Source: Candidatus Saccharimonadota bacterium (GTDB lineage: Bacteria > Patescibacteriota > Gracilibacteria > BD1-5 > UBA6164). Taken from it: a stretch of DNA of 32,000 bases. A program made the translations under genes and the position numbers. The stretch spans positions 150,001-182,000 of the forward strand of contig OZ245768.1 of the NCBI GenBank assembly GCA_965227835.1. Direction: 5' to 3'. Below are positions 19,106 to 30,305 of this stretch, piece after piece. The first letter of the stretch is position 1. Every line of letters starts with the position of its first letter. The notes below the pieces were generated by a model. It saw nothing but the letters and a program-made list of their open reading frames with translations. It ran no database searches and was not told the origin of the DNA.

Positions 19106-22100
19106 ATGGAAACACAAAGTAAATCCTTCTCTAGTTTTACAAACCTGTATGAATTAAGTAAGACTTTAAGATTTGAGTTGAATCCAGTGGGAGAGACTCA
19201 AAAATTACTTGATGAAAATCAAGTGTTTCTCACTGATAAAATAAGACAAAAAAAATATGAAGAAATAAAACCTTTTTTAGATGAATTTCATGGTGATTTT
19301 ATAAAATTTTGTCTTTGAGATTTAAGTTTGGATTTTCAAGATTATAAGGAATCTTTGAATAAATATCAAAAAGATAAAAAAAGTAAGGAATGAGAAAAGA
19401 GAAAACAAATTTCAGAAAAGAATTTAAGAGAAAGTATAAGAGAGAAATTTGATTCAAAAGTTATAGAATTTTTAGAAACTTTTTGAAAAGTTGAGATTTT
19501 TAGCTGAAAAAAAGAAAAAATAAAAGTAGTCCTTGAAAATATCTGAGAAATTGAATTTTCTAAGAATAATCATGAATTTCTTTTTGAAATTTGAATTTTT
19601 GATTTAATGAAAAAGAAGTTTGAGTGAAAATGAGATATTTATGTTACAAATAAAGAAACTTGAGAAATCTATAAAAATAAAAAAACTTGAAAAGATATAA
19701 CTATTTTTGATGATTGGAATGGTTGGCTAGGTTATCTTACAAAATTTTTTAAAACAAGAAAGAACTTATATAAATCTGACACCTCAACGGCTTTAGCTAC
19801 AAGAATAATAGATCAAAATTTGAAAAAGTATTGTAATAATTTAGATATTTATAAAAAATTATTAGAAAGAGAAGAATTAAAAAATAGGTTTAAAATCTTA
19901 GAAGAAGATTTTTGAATAAATTTGGAGGATTTTTTTAGTTTGGGAAAATATAATGGTTGTATATTACAAAGTGATATACAAAAATATAATGATATTATTT
20001 GATGAAAGGTTGTTGATAAGAATAAAAAAATTCCATGAATAAATGAACATATAAATAAATATAGGCAAGACTCTTGAGAAAAATTATCATTTTTAGAAAA
20101 ACTTGATAAACAAATTTTAGCTTGATGAAAAGATAGTTTCATAGAACAGATAAAAGATGAAGAAGATTTTAAAAATATTTTAAGTGATTTCTATAATGAT
20201 TCTGTAAAAAAGGTAGAAATTTTGACTCAGATTTTTGAAAATTTGAAAAATTATAATGAAGAAGATTATAAAACTATATATTTCTCAAAAGAAGCATTTA
20301 ATACTCTTTCTCATAAATTTACAGATCAAGTTTTAGTTTTTGAAAAATTAGTTTTTGAAGAGTTGTTACAATATAAATTAGTTGAAAAGAAGCATTTTGA
20401 TAAAAAAGAGGAAAAATATAAATTTCCTGATTTTATAGCATTATACTACATAAAAAAATGATTAGAAAAATATAGTAGTGAAGATTTATTCTATAAACTA
20501 AGGTATTATGAAAATGAGATAATAGAAAAAAATAGTGAAAATATTTGGAATAAATTTTGTAGTATTTTAAGCTATGAGTTTAAAGCTTTAATTTCAAATA
20601 AAATTATAAATCAAAATGGAGAAGAGGTAGAAATTTGATTTGATATTTCAAAAGATAAATTAGAAAAGATTTTAGATAATTTTTCACTTTGAGAAAAAAA
20701 TAATGGAGCAATAAAAGATTTTGCAGATATAGCGAGGAATATTTATCAAATGTGAAAGTATTTTGCCTTAGAGAAAAAAAGAGAATGGAATCCTAACGAT
20801 TTTTATACCCTGAATAGGGATTTTTATTCTGAATGAATAGAAAATAAATCTGGATATGGAGATTTCTATAATGAGGCTTATGAACAAATCATAGTTCCTT
20901 ATAATTTGATGAGGAATTTTATTGCTAAAAAACCTTGGGAGGATAGTAAGAAGTGGAAATTGAATTTTGAAAATTCAAGTTTACTCAAGGGTTGGGATAA
21001 AGAATTTGAAAGTTATTGAGCTTATATTTTTGAAAAAGAATGACTTTATTATCTATGACTTATAAATGGAACAAAGCTCAATAAAGAAGAAATTGAAAAG
21101 TTATATATTCTAAACTCTCAAAATATAGCTAAAAGGTTTGTGTATGATTTTCAAAAACCAGATAATAAAAATACACCTAGATTATTTATTAGATCAAAAT
21201 GAGATAGTTTCGCTCCAGCAGTAGAAGAACTTAATTTGCCAATAAATGATATCATTGATATTTATGATAATGAACTTTACAAGACTGATAAAAATAATCC
21301 AAATACACACAGGGAAAGTTTAGAAAAACTTATTGATTATTTCAAATTATGATTTTCAAAACATAAATCTTACAAACATTTTAATTTTGTTTGGAAAGAA
21401 AGTAGTGAATATAAAAATATTGCTGATTTTTATAGGGATGTAGAAAAATCATGCTATAAACCATATTGGGAAGATATAAATTTTGATGAATTAAAAAATC
21501 TTACAAAAGAGAAAAGAGTGTATTTATTTCAAATTTATAATAAAAATTTTGAACTAGATAAAAGTATAGCTCCTGAAAATTATATTTTTAAATGAAATGG
21601 GAGAGATAATGTTCATACAATGTATTTTAAGTGAGTATTTTCAAAGTATAATATAGAAAATATTAGCTGAGTGAATATAAAACTAAGTTGATGATGAGAA
21701 ATATTTTTTAGACCAAGAGCGATTGATGAAGAAATTGATGTGAAAAGAAAAACAAAAAGAGATGTTATTAAAAATAAAAGATATACTCAAGAAAAAATTT
21801 TTTTACATTTTCCAATTCAAGTAAATTTCAAAGAAAATAAAGCTTTGAGTTTTAATAATTATGTAAATAATTTTTTAGCAAATAATCCTAACATAAATAT
21901 TATTTGAATAGATAGATGAGAAAAGCATTTGGCTTACTATTCTGTTATAAATAGGAAGCAAGAAATTATTGAAAGTGGAAGTCTAAATTATATTTATCAG
22001 AAAGATAAAGATTGAAATATTATTAAAAAATCAGAAAAAGAAATAAAAGAAAAAAGAAATAGTGAGTGAAAAATCATTGACTATGAATTAGTTGAAACTT

Positions 22101-23239
22101 GAAAGATGTTAGATTATGAAGATTATAAGATTTTGCTTGATTATAAGGAGAAAAAAAGAAAATTGCAAAGACAATCTTGGAAAGAAGTGGAACAAATAAA
22201 AGATTTAAAAAAATGATATATTTCAGCAGTAGTAAGAAAAATAGCAGATTTGATTATTGAACATAATGCAATAGTTGTCTTTGAAGATTTGAATATGAGG
22301 TTTAAACAAATAAGATGATGAATTGAAAAAAGTACCTACCAACAATTGGAAAAAGCTTTGATAGATAAATTGAATTTTTTAGTAAATAAATGAAAGAAAA
22401 ATCCAGAAGAAGCTGGGAATTTATTAAAGGCTTTTCAATTAACAGCTCCAGTATGAACTTTTAAAGATATGTGAAAACAAACTTGAATTATATTTTATAC
22501 ACAGGCAAGTTATACTTCAAAAATTGATCCAGTAACAGGTTGGAGACCGAATTTATATATTAAAAAACAAAAATCTGAAATTAATAAATCTAGTATTCTA
22601 AAATTTGATTCTATTGTTTGGAATAGTGAGAAACATATTTTTGAAATCACGTATGATCTAGAAAAATTTAAATCAGAAAATACAAAAAAACAAAATGATA
22701 AAAAAGAAGAAAAATTAAATAAAACGAAGTGGACTTTATCAACTTGAGTAGAAAGGTATAAATGGAATAGATATCTCAATAATAACAAATGATGATATGA
22801 ATATTTTGCTGATTTAAGTCATAACTTTAAAGAACATTTTGAAAATTATTGAATAAATATTTTTTGAAATATTTTAGATCAAATTGAAAAATTAGGAGAA
22901 AAATGAAATGAGAAATTTTTTAGTGGATTTTTAGATTTATTTAAACTTGTTTGTCAGATTAGAAATACAAATAAAGATGAAAAATGAAACGAAAATGATT
23001 TTATTTTGTCTCCTGTATACCCATTTTTTGACAGTAGAAAAGAAAATAATATTTGAGTAAAAAATTGAGATGATAATTGAGCTTATAATATTGCAAGAAA
23101 ATGAATAATTATTTTAGAAAAACTTTGAGATTGGAAAAAAGAAAATGATGTAAAAATTAAAAACTGAGAAAAAGAAATATATCCAGATTTATTTGTCTCA
23201 AATATTGCTTGGGATAATTTTACTCAAAATAATAGATAA
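19106..23239 (+). CDS. cas12a: Cas12a (Cpf1), type V-A effector, 1377 aa
   Basis: The frame was checked codon by codon and has no TAA/TAG until 23237-23239. My hand count gives ~58 in-frame TGA. N-terminus FTNLYELSKTLRFELNPVG; then LYLFQIYNKNF; RuvC-I IIGIDRGEKHLAYYSV; RuvC-II AIVVFEDLNMRFK; QTGIIFYTQASYTSKIDPVTGW; RuvC-III/Nuc DFILSPV...GDDNGAYNIARKG. Confidence 0.95.
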
Positions 23240-23242
23240 ACC

Positions 23243-23452
23243 ATGTTTAACTGAAAAGCAAAAATAGTAAATTGAAATTTTCTAACAAGAAAAGATTTTC
23301 ACCATATTTTCACAAGACCAGAAAATATATTGTCTTGGTATGATAAGAAAAAATTTAGAATTATAGCAAATAGAAAAGTAAGGAGATCAAAATATAACTT
23401 TTCCAATTGAGAATACAAGAAAATCTGAGAAGTTTCTTGGGAGATTATATAA
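23243..23452 (+). CDS. Hypothetical 69-aa protein immediately downstream of cas12a
   Basis: The ATG lies 4 nt after the cas12a stop. Open with 4 in-frame TGA, ending at TAA. No motif recognised. Confidence 0.35.
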
Positions 23453-23545
23453 AAAATTTATAATGAAAGAAAAATCACTACAGATTTTGGAGTATGAAAG
23501 TACAGATTTCTCTATAAAATAATAGAAAGACAAATACTAAAAAAC

Positions 23546-23574
23546 TTGACACAAAACAATAATAATACTACAAT
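23546..23574 (+). promoter_or_regulatory. Sigma70-type promoter of the toxin-antitoxin pair
   Basis: TTGACA (23546-51), 17-nt spacer, TACAAT (23569-74). It is followed by the 12-nt direct repeat tacaaaaattat at 23577-88 and 23599-610, a likely antitoxin operator. Confidence 0.6.
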
Positions 23575-23608
23575 TGTACAAAAATTATAATATAATTATA
23601 CAAAAATT

Positions 23609-23866
23609 ATGCAATTTACTACCACCACTCAAATAGCAAGAAAATGAAGTAAAATATTTGAAATTCACAATGAAGCTATAGTCCTATCAAACAATAAGCC
23701 AGTTTGAGCAATATTAAATTATAAGATATATGAAAGATTAAAATCATCATGATATTTAGATGAAGTAATACAAGATAACGATCTTTGACCAAAAGACTAT
23801 CTCACATGACTAGAAAAAAATTTAGAAGAATGGAACAACGATACACATGATAACTTATTCACTTAA
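23609..23866 (+). CDS. Phd/YefM-type antitoxin, 85 aa
   Basis: The N-terminus TQIARKGSKIFEIHNEAIVLSNNKPVGAILNYKIYERL matches the Phd/YefM pattern. It lies 9 nt upstream of the toxin gene. Confidence 0.65.
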
Positions 23867-23875
23867 ATACTTTTT

Positions 23876-24217
23876 ATGGATTTTAAACAATGAGAAATTG
23901 TTTATATAAAATTTCCTTTTACAAATTTATCAAAATATAAACTGAGACCAGCACTTGTTATATCAAATAATTCATATAACAAAAAAGATAATCTCATACT
24001 CATCTGAATATTTTGAAATGAATGAATAAAAGAGTTTTCTTTGTCAATAGAGGAAAAAGATTTGCAAAATTGAAAAATGTTAAAACAATCTTTCTTAAGG
24101 TTCCAAAATATATTTTCGCTAGATAAAAACTTGATAGAAAGAAAAATATGAGCAATAAAAAATAAAAAGCTGGAATATGTGTATAAAAAAATTAATATGT
24201 ATTTAGAAATAATATAA
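23876..24217 (+). CDS. MazF/PemK-family endoribonuclease toxin, 113 aa
   Basis: QGEIVYIKFPFTNLSKYKLRPALVIS matches the PemK/MazF N-terminal signature (G-D/E-I-x-x-x-x-F-P-F-x-D-x-x-x-x-K-x-R-P-A-L-V-I-S). Confidence 0.8.
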
Positions 24218-24334
24218 TAAACCAAAATTAAAACCTTTTGATCACAGAAAACTCACTAAAACCCCTTCAATCTTTGATAAAAATACAAAAAATATGCTAA
24301 TATATAAACAAGCATATTTTTTTAAAACTAAAAA

Positions 24335-24937
24335 ATGGAGGAATACATAAAACTTTCAACTTTAAATGATTTCATATTTTGTCCAAAATCAATTTATTAC
24401 CACACACTCTACGACAATTATGAAAAAAATATATATCAAGAACAAGCCCAAAAAGAAGGGATACTCAACCATAACTCAATAGAAACTCAAAAATATTCAA
24501 GCAAAAAAAATACACTCCAATGATTATCTGTATTCTCTGAAAACTATAAAATAGCTTGAAAAATAGACATATTTAATAAAGAAAACTGAGAACTTACAGA
24601 AAGAAAAACACAAATCTTTCTTGATGAAAAATGAAAACCAAAAATCTATCTATGACAAAAATATCAACTTTGGGGACAAATGATATGTTTAGAAGAAATG
24701 TGATACGAAGTAAAAACTCTTTTTATATATTCTCTAAAAGATAATAAAAAATACCGAATATATAAACCAAGTACAAAAGAGCTTTTAAAATTTGAAGAAA
24801 TGCTTGAAAAATACAAGAAATTTGATTTATTAAAGAAAAACTGGAAACAAAACACACAAAAATGTATAAGATGTATTTATAGAGAATTATGTGATTACTA
24901 CATTTGAGAAATATATCCACAAATGAAATTATTTTAA
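24335..24937 (+). CDS. cas4: Cas4 (RecB-like nuclease with Fe-S cysteines), 200 aa
   Basis: An N-terminal Cys (FIFCP) and C-terminal CIRCIYRELC. GKIDIF and ELTERK supply the D...ExK motif. YQLWGQMICL is also present. Frame checked. Confidence 0.9.
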
Positions 24938-24963
24938 AAAATTATTTACTAACCACAAAAATT

Positions 24964-25923
24964 ATGCTTCAATTCCCAGATTTTAATGAAAAGCAAATAC
25001 TTTTTATAGAAAGTTTTGATACCAAAAATATAAATTTCCAAAATGAAAATCTTATCATAAAAGATGATGGAAAAATAAAAAATAAAGTAAGTTTATACAA
25101 GATATTTACTATATTTTTAATATGAGAAACAACTATAACCAGTGTACTTATAAGAAAATTTCAAGATTATGGAATTACACTTGTAATGCTTAAAAAAAAT
25201 TTCTTACCATACTTAGTTATATGATGAGAAACAGAATGAAATTTTGTTCTTAGAAAAAAACAATATGAAAAAACAGAAGAAGAAATGCTTGAAATAGCAA
25301 AAAATATCGTTTTCCTCAAAACACAAAACCAACTCAATTTGTTGAAACAAACAAGAGAAAAACCTGAATTTTTAAAAGATGATATTGAAAAAGTAAAAGA
25401 AATAATAGATAAAATATCTTCAGCACAAACATATGAAAACTTACTTTGATATGAATGAAATGTATCAAAACTATTTTTTTCTAATTATTTTTGACCCATT
25501 TGATGGAATAGAAGAGAGCCAAGAACAAAAACAGATATAAAAAATTTACTCCTAGATATGTGATATACATATTTATTTCACTTTATAGAAGCACTTTTAA
25601 GATTATATTGATTTGATAATTATTATTGAGTATATCACAGAACTTGGTATCAAAGAAAATCACTTGCCCTTGATCTCATGGAACCTTTTCGTTGTTTAAT
25701 CGATAAAGCTCTCCTAAAATCATACAATTTAAAGCAAATAAACAGCAAGGACTTTAATTTTTCCAACTGACAATACATACTGCCCTGGCAAAACTCTAAA
25801 AAATATAGCTCTATTTTTTTAAAAGAAATAATGAATTACAAAAAAGAGATTTTTTTCTTTATCAAGGATTATTATAAATATTTTATGAAATGAAGAAATG
25901 AATTTCCAAAATTTGAAATATAA
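24964..25923 (+). CDS. cas1: Cas1 integrase, 319 aa
   Basis: LLGYEGNVSKLFF, REPRTKTDIKNLLLDMGYTYL and SLALDLMEPFRCLID are present. Frame checked, with 13 in-frame TGA against 2 GGN. Confidence 0.9.
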
Positions 25924-25945
25924 ATTTATTTTTTAAGTTACTTTT

Positions 25946-26224
25946 ATGCTTATAGTTTCTTATGATATACACAATGATAAAATTAGAACAAAGTTTTCAA
26001 AACTCTTGAAAAAATTTGGAAGAAGACTGCAATATAGTGTTTTTGAAATAAAAAATAGTGATAGGATTTTAAATATTTTAAAAACAGAAATTGAAAATAC
26101 CTTTGCTCCTAAATTTAGTTGAGCTGATAGTATTATCGTAATACCTGTTTCAGATTCTCTTAGTTCAAAAGTTTTGAGATATTGACAACCAGCTATGGAA
26201 GAAGAAGAAATTTTATTTTTATAA
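25946..26224 (+). CDS. cas2: Cas2, 92 aa
   Basis: MLIVSYDIHNDKIRTKFSKLLKKFGRRLQYSVFEI is a typical Cas2 N-terminus. Confidence 0.9.
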
Positions 26225-26454
26225 ACTTTTTGATTTTTCATAATTTTTCTTAAAATAAAAATAAGTTACTAAATGTTCTTTTACATTTTATGCCTTTTGA
26301 TAAAATTTTATCAAAAGTGGAAGTTATAGTGTAGTTTTTAAAAAAATGTAAACCTAGGTCTTAATTTTTTTAAGTTCCTATTGAAAAGCCAAAAGTCATA
26401 ATTTTGAAAAATAAATTATTTGTATCTTATTGGCTTTTCATAAACAAAATAGCT
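26225..26454 (+). promoter_or_regulatory. CRISPR leader
   Basis: AT-rich 230 nt between cas2 and repeat 1. Contains the 24-nt palindrome cttttgataaaattttatcaaaag (26294-26317) and a 10-bp inverted repeat tgaaaagcca / tggcttttca (26382-91 / 26431-40). Confidence 0.6.
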
Positions 26455-28603
26455 ATTTAATAGCTACATAAAATTTCTACTTTTGTAGATGAGTTTATGA
26501 ATAATAATATATTTTTATTTAATAGCTACATAAAATTTCTACTTTTGTAGATAAAAATAAAATATTATAATATTGTTAATTTAATAGCTACATAAAATTT
26601 CTACTTTTGTAGATTTCATTCACCTAAGAAGTCATTTCTGTATTTAATAGCTACATAAAATTTCTACTTTTGTAGATAGGATGATGAAGTGCTTATAATA
26701 ATGGATTTAATAGCTACATAAAATTTCTACTTTTGTAGATAAAAAATCGAGAGAGGTTGGCAATTCTATTTAATAGCTACATAAAATTTCTACTTTTGTA
26801 GATTATCTTTTTCTTCTCTTATTTCTTCTATTTAATAGCTACATAAAATTTCTACTTTTGTAGATTTTGAAATTTTTATATAAAAAATGAGATTTAATAG
26901 CTACATAAAATTTCTACTTTTGTAGATAATAGCTTGTGACCCAGTGCCGTGTGCATTTAATAGCTACATAAAATTTCTACTTTTGTAGATTGAGTGAGGA
27001 AAATAAGGTTTTATTTATTTAATAGCTACATAAAATTTCTACTTTTGTAGATAATAACATTTTATGTCAAAAAATATCATTTAATAGCTACATAAAATTT
27101 CTACTTTTGTAGATTTGAATATGGAATTATGACCACGAAGATTTAATAGCTACATAAAATTTCTACTTTTGTAGATAGAGGTTAAAAAATCTTAAATGAG
27201 AAATTTAATAGCTACATAAAATTTCTACTTTTGTAGATGTTCTACATCAATATTACATCTCAATCATTTAATAGCTACATAAAATTTCTACTTTTGTAGA
27301 TAAAATATTCCAAATAAGAAATATTAAATTTAATAGCTACATAAAATTTCTACTTTTGTAGATAAGCACAAATAGTCGAGACTGAAATTATTTAATAGCT
27401 ACATAAAATTTCTACTTTTGTAGATAAGAAATAATATTCTCACTTTCTCTAAATTTAATAGCTACATAAAATTTCTACTTTTGTAGATAGGATGATGAGC
27501 TGGTTCTTATAATCATTTAATAGCTACATAAAATTTCTACTTTTGTAGATTTATTGATTGAAATAGAGCTACAGACATTTAATAGCTACATAAAATTTCT
27601 ACTTTTGTAGATTTAATCTTTTAATTAATTAACTGTATAATTTAATAGCTACATAAAATTTCTACTTTTGTAGATAGGTGCAAATAGTCGAGACTGAAAT
27701 TATTTAATAGCTACATAAAATTTCTACTTTTGTAGATCAGGGGGATTCTGTATCGGACATCTTATTTAATAGCTACATAAAATTTCTACTTTTGTAGATA
27801 AACATTATTAGCTTCTACTATAATTATTTAATAGCTACATAAAATTTCTACTTTTGTAGATGTTGATTCTAAATATAAACAACCTCAAATTTAATAGCTA
27901 CATAAAATTTCTACTTTTGTAGATTTATTGAAGCTCAATATAAAAATAAATATTTAATAGCTACATAAAATTTCTACTTTTGTAGATAAGTTTCGTGTAT
28001 TCTCTTGACTTCTATTTAATAGCTACATAAAATTTCTACTTTTGTAGATTGATTTATCATATATCATTAAGAACAAATTTAATAGCTACATAAAATTTCT
28101 ACTTTTGTAGATTCAATACTTTTTCCATAGAAAAAACTATTTAATAGCTACATAAAATTTCTACTTTTGTAGATTCTATGCTGTAGCTATTTGCTAGGTC
28201 ATTTAATAGCTACATAAAATTTCTACTTTTGTAGATTCAAAAGTCTTGATAAAGAGTGAGAGATTTAATAGCTACATAAAATTTCTACTTTTGTAGATTC
28301 AAAAGTCTTGATAAAGAGTGAGAGATTTAATAGCTACATAAAATTTCTACTTTTGTAGATTCTATGCTGTAGCTATTTGCTAGGTCATTTAATAGCTACA
28401 TAAAATTTCTACTTTTGTAGATTCAAAAGTCTTGATAAAGAGTGAGAGATTTAATAGCTACATAAAATTTCTACTTTTGTAGATTCTATGCTGTAGCTAT
28501 TTGCTAGGTCATTTAATAGCTACATAAAATTTCTACTTTTGTAGATGAAACTATAATGGAGTTTATATGATTATTTAATAGCTACATAAAATTTCTACTT
28601 TTG
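26455..28603 (+). CRISPR. Type V-A CRISPR array: 34 full repeats plus 1 degenerate terminal repeat, 34 spacers (26-27 nt)
   Basis: The 36-nt repeat is ATTTAATAGCTACATAAAATTTCTACTTTTGTAGAT. Its 3' end AATTTCTAC-TTTT-GTAGAT is the Cas12a crRNA handle, which fixes plus-strand transcription. Period is 62-63 nt. The last copy (28573-28603) loses the final TAGAT. Confidence 0.97.
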
Positions 28604-28728
28604 AAAAATCCTGATATTGACAAAATTAGTATTTTTAATAATATTTTCTTGTTAATATATTGTGAGTTTTCATTGTATATGATAATTTTTATCTTAATTA
28701 TTATTTTAATTGTTTATTATTAAAAAAT

Positions 28729-28902
28729 ATGTGAAACACAATAAAATCAATTATAAAATGAACTTGAAATTTATTAGATATTACTTGAATACAATGACTA
28801 CAGGAGCTTCTAGATAGGAGAAATAATGTTCGCAGTGGTATAAAGAAACATACAAGATGAATTAAAAGACATTTTGATAGAGCTTACTCTCAATTAAAAT
28901 AA
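28729..28902 (+). CDS. Hypothetical 57-aa protein
   Basis: Open only with TGA as sense (7 in-frame TGA). No motif or SD, so weakly supported. Confidence 0.25.
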
Positions 28903-28903
28903 T

Positions 28904-29317
28904 ATGAAAAAACATAAAAAACAACAACATATAGAAGCAGTAGATAAGAATAAAGAAGTATGAATGAAACTTACTCACACTCAAGAATGAATACTACCTC
29001 CAGCTGAAGATCTTGAAATACTAGAGAACCTTAATCCTTGAACTATAGATAGATTTATGAAAATGGCTGAAAAGGATCAAGAATATTTTATAAGGAATGA
29101 TAAGGAATACTTCAAAGAAATTATGTTATATAAGACCAAAACACAAATATTATCTTTTCTTGTGTTTGTTGTAATAAATTTACTTGCCACATATATGGTA
29201 TATAGTTGATATTCTTGAGGAGCTGTTGCACTTGTAATTTCAGAATTGATTGTATGACTTGTATCTTACATACATATTGATAAAAATAGAAATAAAAATA
29301 TAAAGGATTCTAATTAA
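28904..29317 (+). CDS. DUF2335-like membrane protein, 137 aa
   Basis: LPPAEDLEILENLNPGTIDRFMKMAEKDQEYF matches the DUF2335 pattern (PPPE-L-x-Y-x-x-x-x-PG-x-x-x-R-I-x-x-M-A-E-x-E-Q). Two C-terminal TM segments follow. Confidence 0.6.
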
Positions 29318-29414
29318 GGATTCTTTTATGGTTAAATTAATCTTTAATTTTTAATAGTTTTAGTAAACTGAAAAAATAAAGTATTTTTATATATAAAACT
29401 TAAAAATTTCTACT

Positions 29415-29678
29415 ATGTGGGATGATATAGAATATTTAAAAAAACGTATATTGAAGGAAGATTGAATAGATTTTAACGAAAAAAAATTTGTTCCTATTCA
29501 AAAAAGAAACTACCCTATTGAAAAATATGGTAAACCGACTCTATGGTATTATGAATTTTCACATAATGCTACAAGAAAATATTTACAATTTACTCCTGAA
29601 ATGAAAAAAGATGTTGAAAAATTTCTAAAAACTTGAAACTTAAAAGACCTACCAAAATCAATTAAACTTGTTGATTAA
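29415..29678 (+). CDS. Hypothetical protein, 87 aa
   Basis: ATG to TAA, 2 in-frame TGA, followed by a terminator. Confidence 0.4.
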
Positions 29679-29718
29679 ATATTACTATAAAGATTTTTGC
29701 TTTAATCTTCCATCAAAT

Positions 29719-29750
29719 AAAAAAAGAGTCTTTAACAGACTCTTTTTTTA
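29719..29750. terminator. Bidirectional rho-independent terminator
   Basis: aagagtct-ttaac-agactctt flanked by an A-run and a T-run, between convergent genes. Confidence 0.7.
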
Positions 29751-29761
29751 ATCTCAAAAAT

Positions 29762-30178
29762 TTACATCTCATCATATATCCTGTCCTTTTCTTCTTGTGT
29801 AATTTCTCTACCTAAAGGATATATAATATATTCAAATCTTCAATCTTCTAGTTTTCTCATAAAATGATTATCTCTCTTCCCAACAAGAATAATTGTAGGC
29901 ATCTCATGTTTACAAGTTGAAGTAGATAAAGCAAAAGTATTTTCTCACAAAATATGATTTGTATCAAAAGTATACCAACTTGGTGTAATAATTTTTGTAA
30001 TTTCTTGAACAGCTATAAACGAGTTTCTGATTTGTTCTCTTAGTCTTTCATGTAAATCTTCCGAGCTTTCTCAAGGTCTTTGCATTATTCTTTGAACTCT
30101 TGAAAAAATTAGTTCTTTTATATTATCCCCAGGTTTTTCTGAAGCATAATCTATATGACTTGTTCATATTCTTTCCAT
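29762..30178 (-). CDS. Hypothetical protein, 138 aa
   Basis: The minus frame is open from ATG 30178 to TAA (complement of 29762-64) with TGA as sense; every triplet was checked. Confidence 0.5.
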
Positions 30179-30305
30179 TTTTATTAACTATTACAATACA
30201 AAAACTAATTATATCACAAGCTTTAGGTTTTAGCCAAAAAATTTCTATTTTCCCATTTCATAAATATAATAAATACAAAAAATTATATAAAAATTCTTAT
30301 TAAAA

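Noticed and set aside
27738-27763. Possible self-targeting by spacer 21 (cagggggattctg...) against the cysS insert (gagagggggatag)
   Set aside because: The match is only 8 nt (agggggat). No longer spacer match to this window was found by eye. A computational search of all 30 unique spacers is still advisable.
29403-29424. aaaatttctactatgtgggat resembles the 3' part of the CRISPR repeat (possible orphan repeat)
   Set aside because: Only the first 12 nt match. The GTAGA half of the handle stem is missing, so no crRNA hairpin can form. It overlaps the start of a plausible ORF and is judged coincidental.
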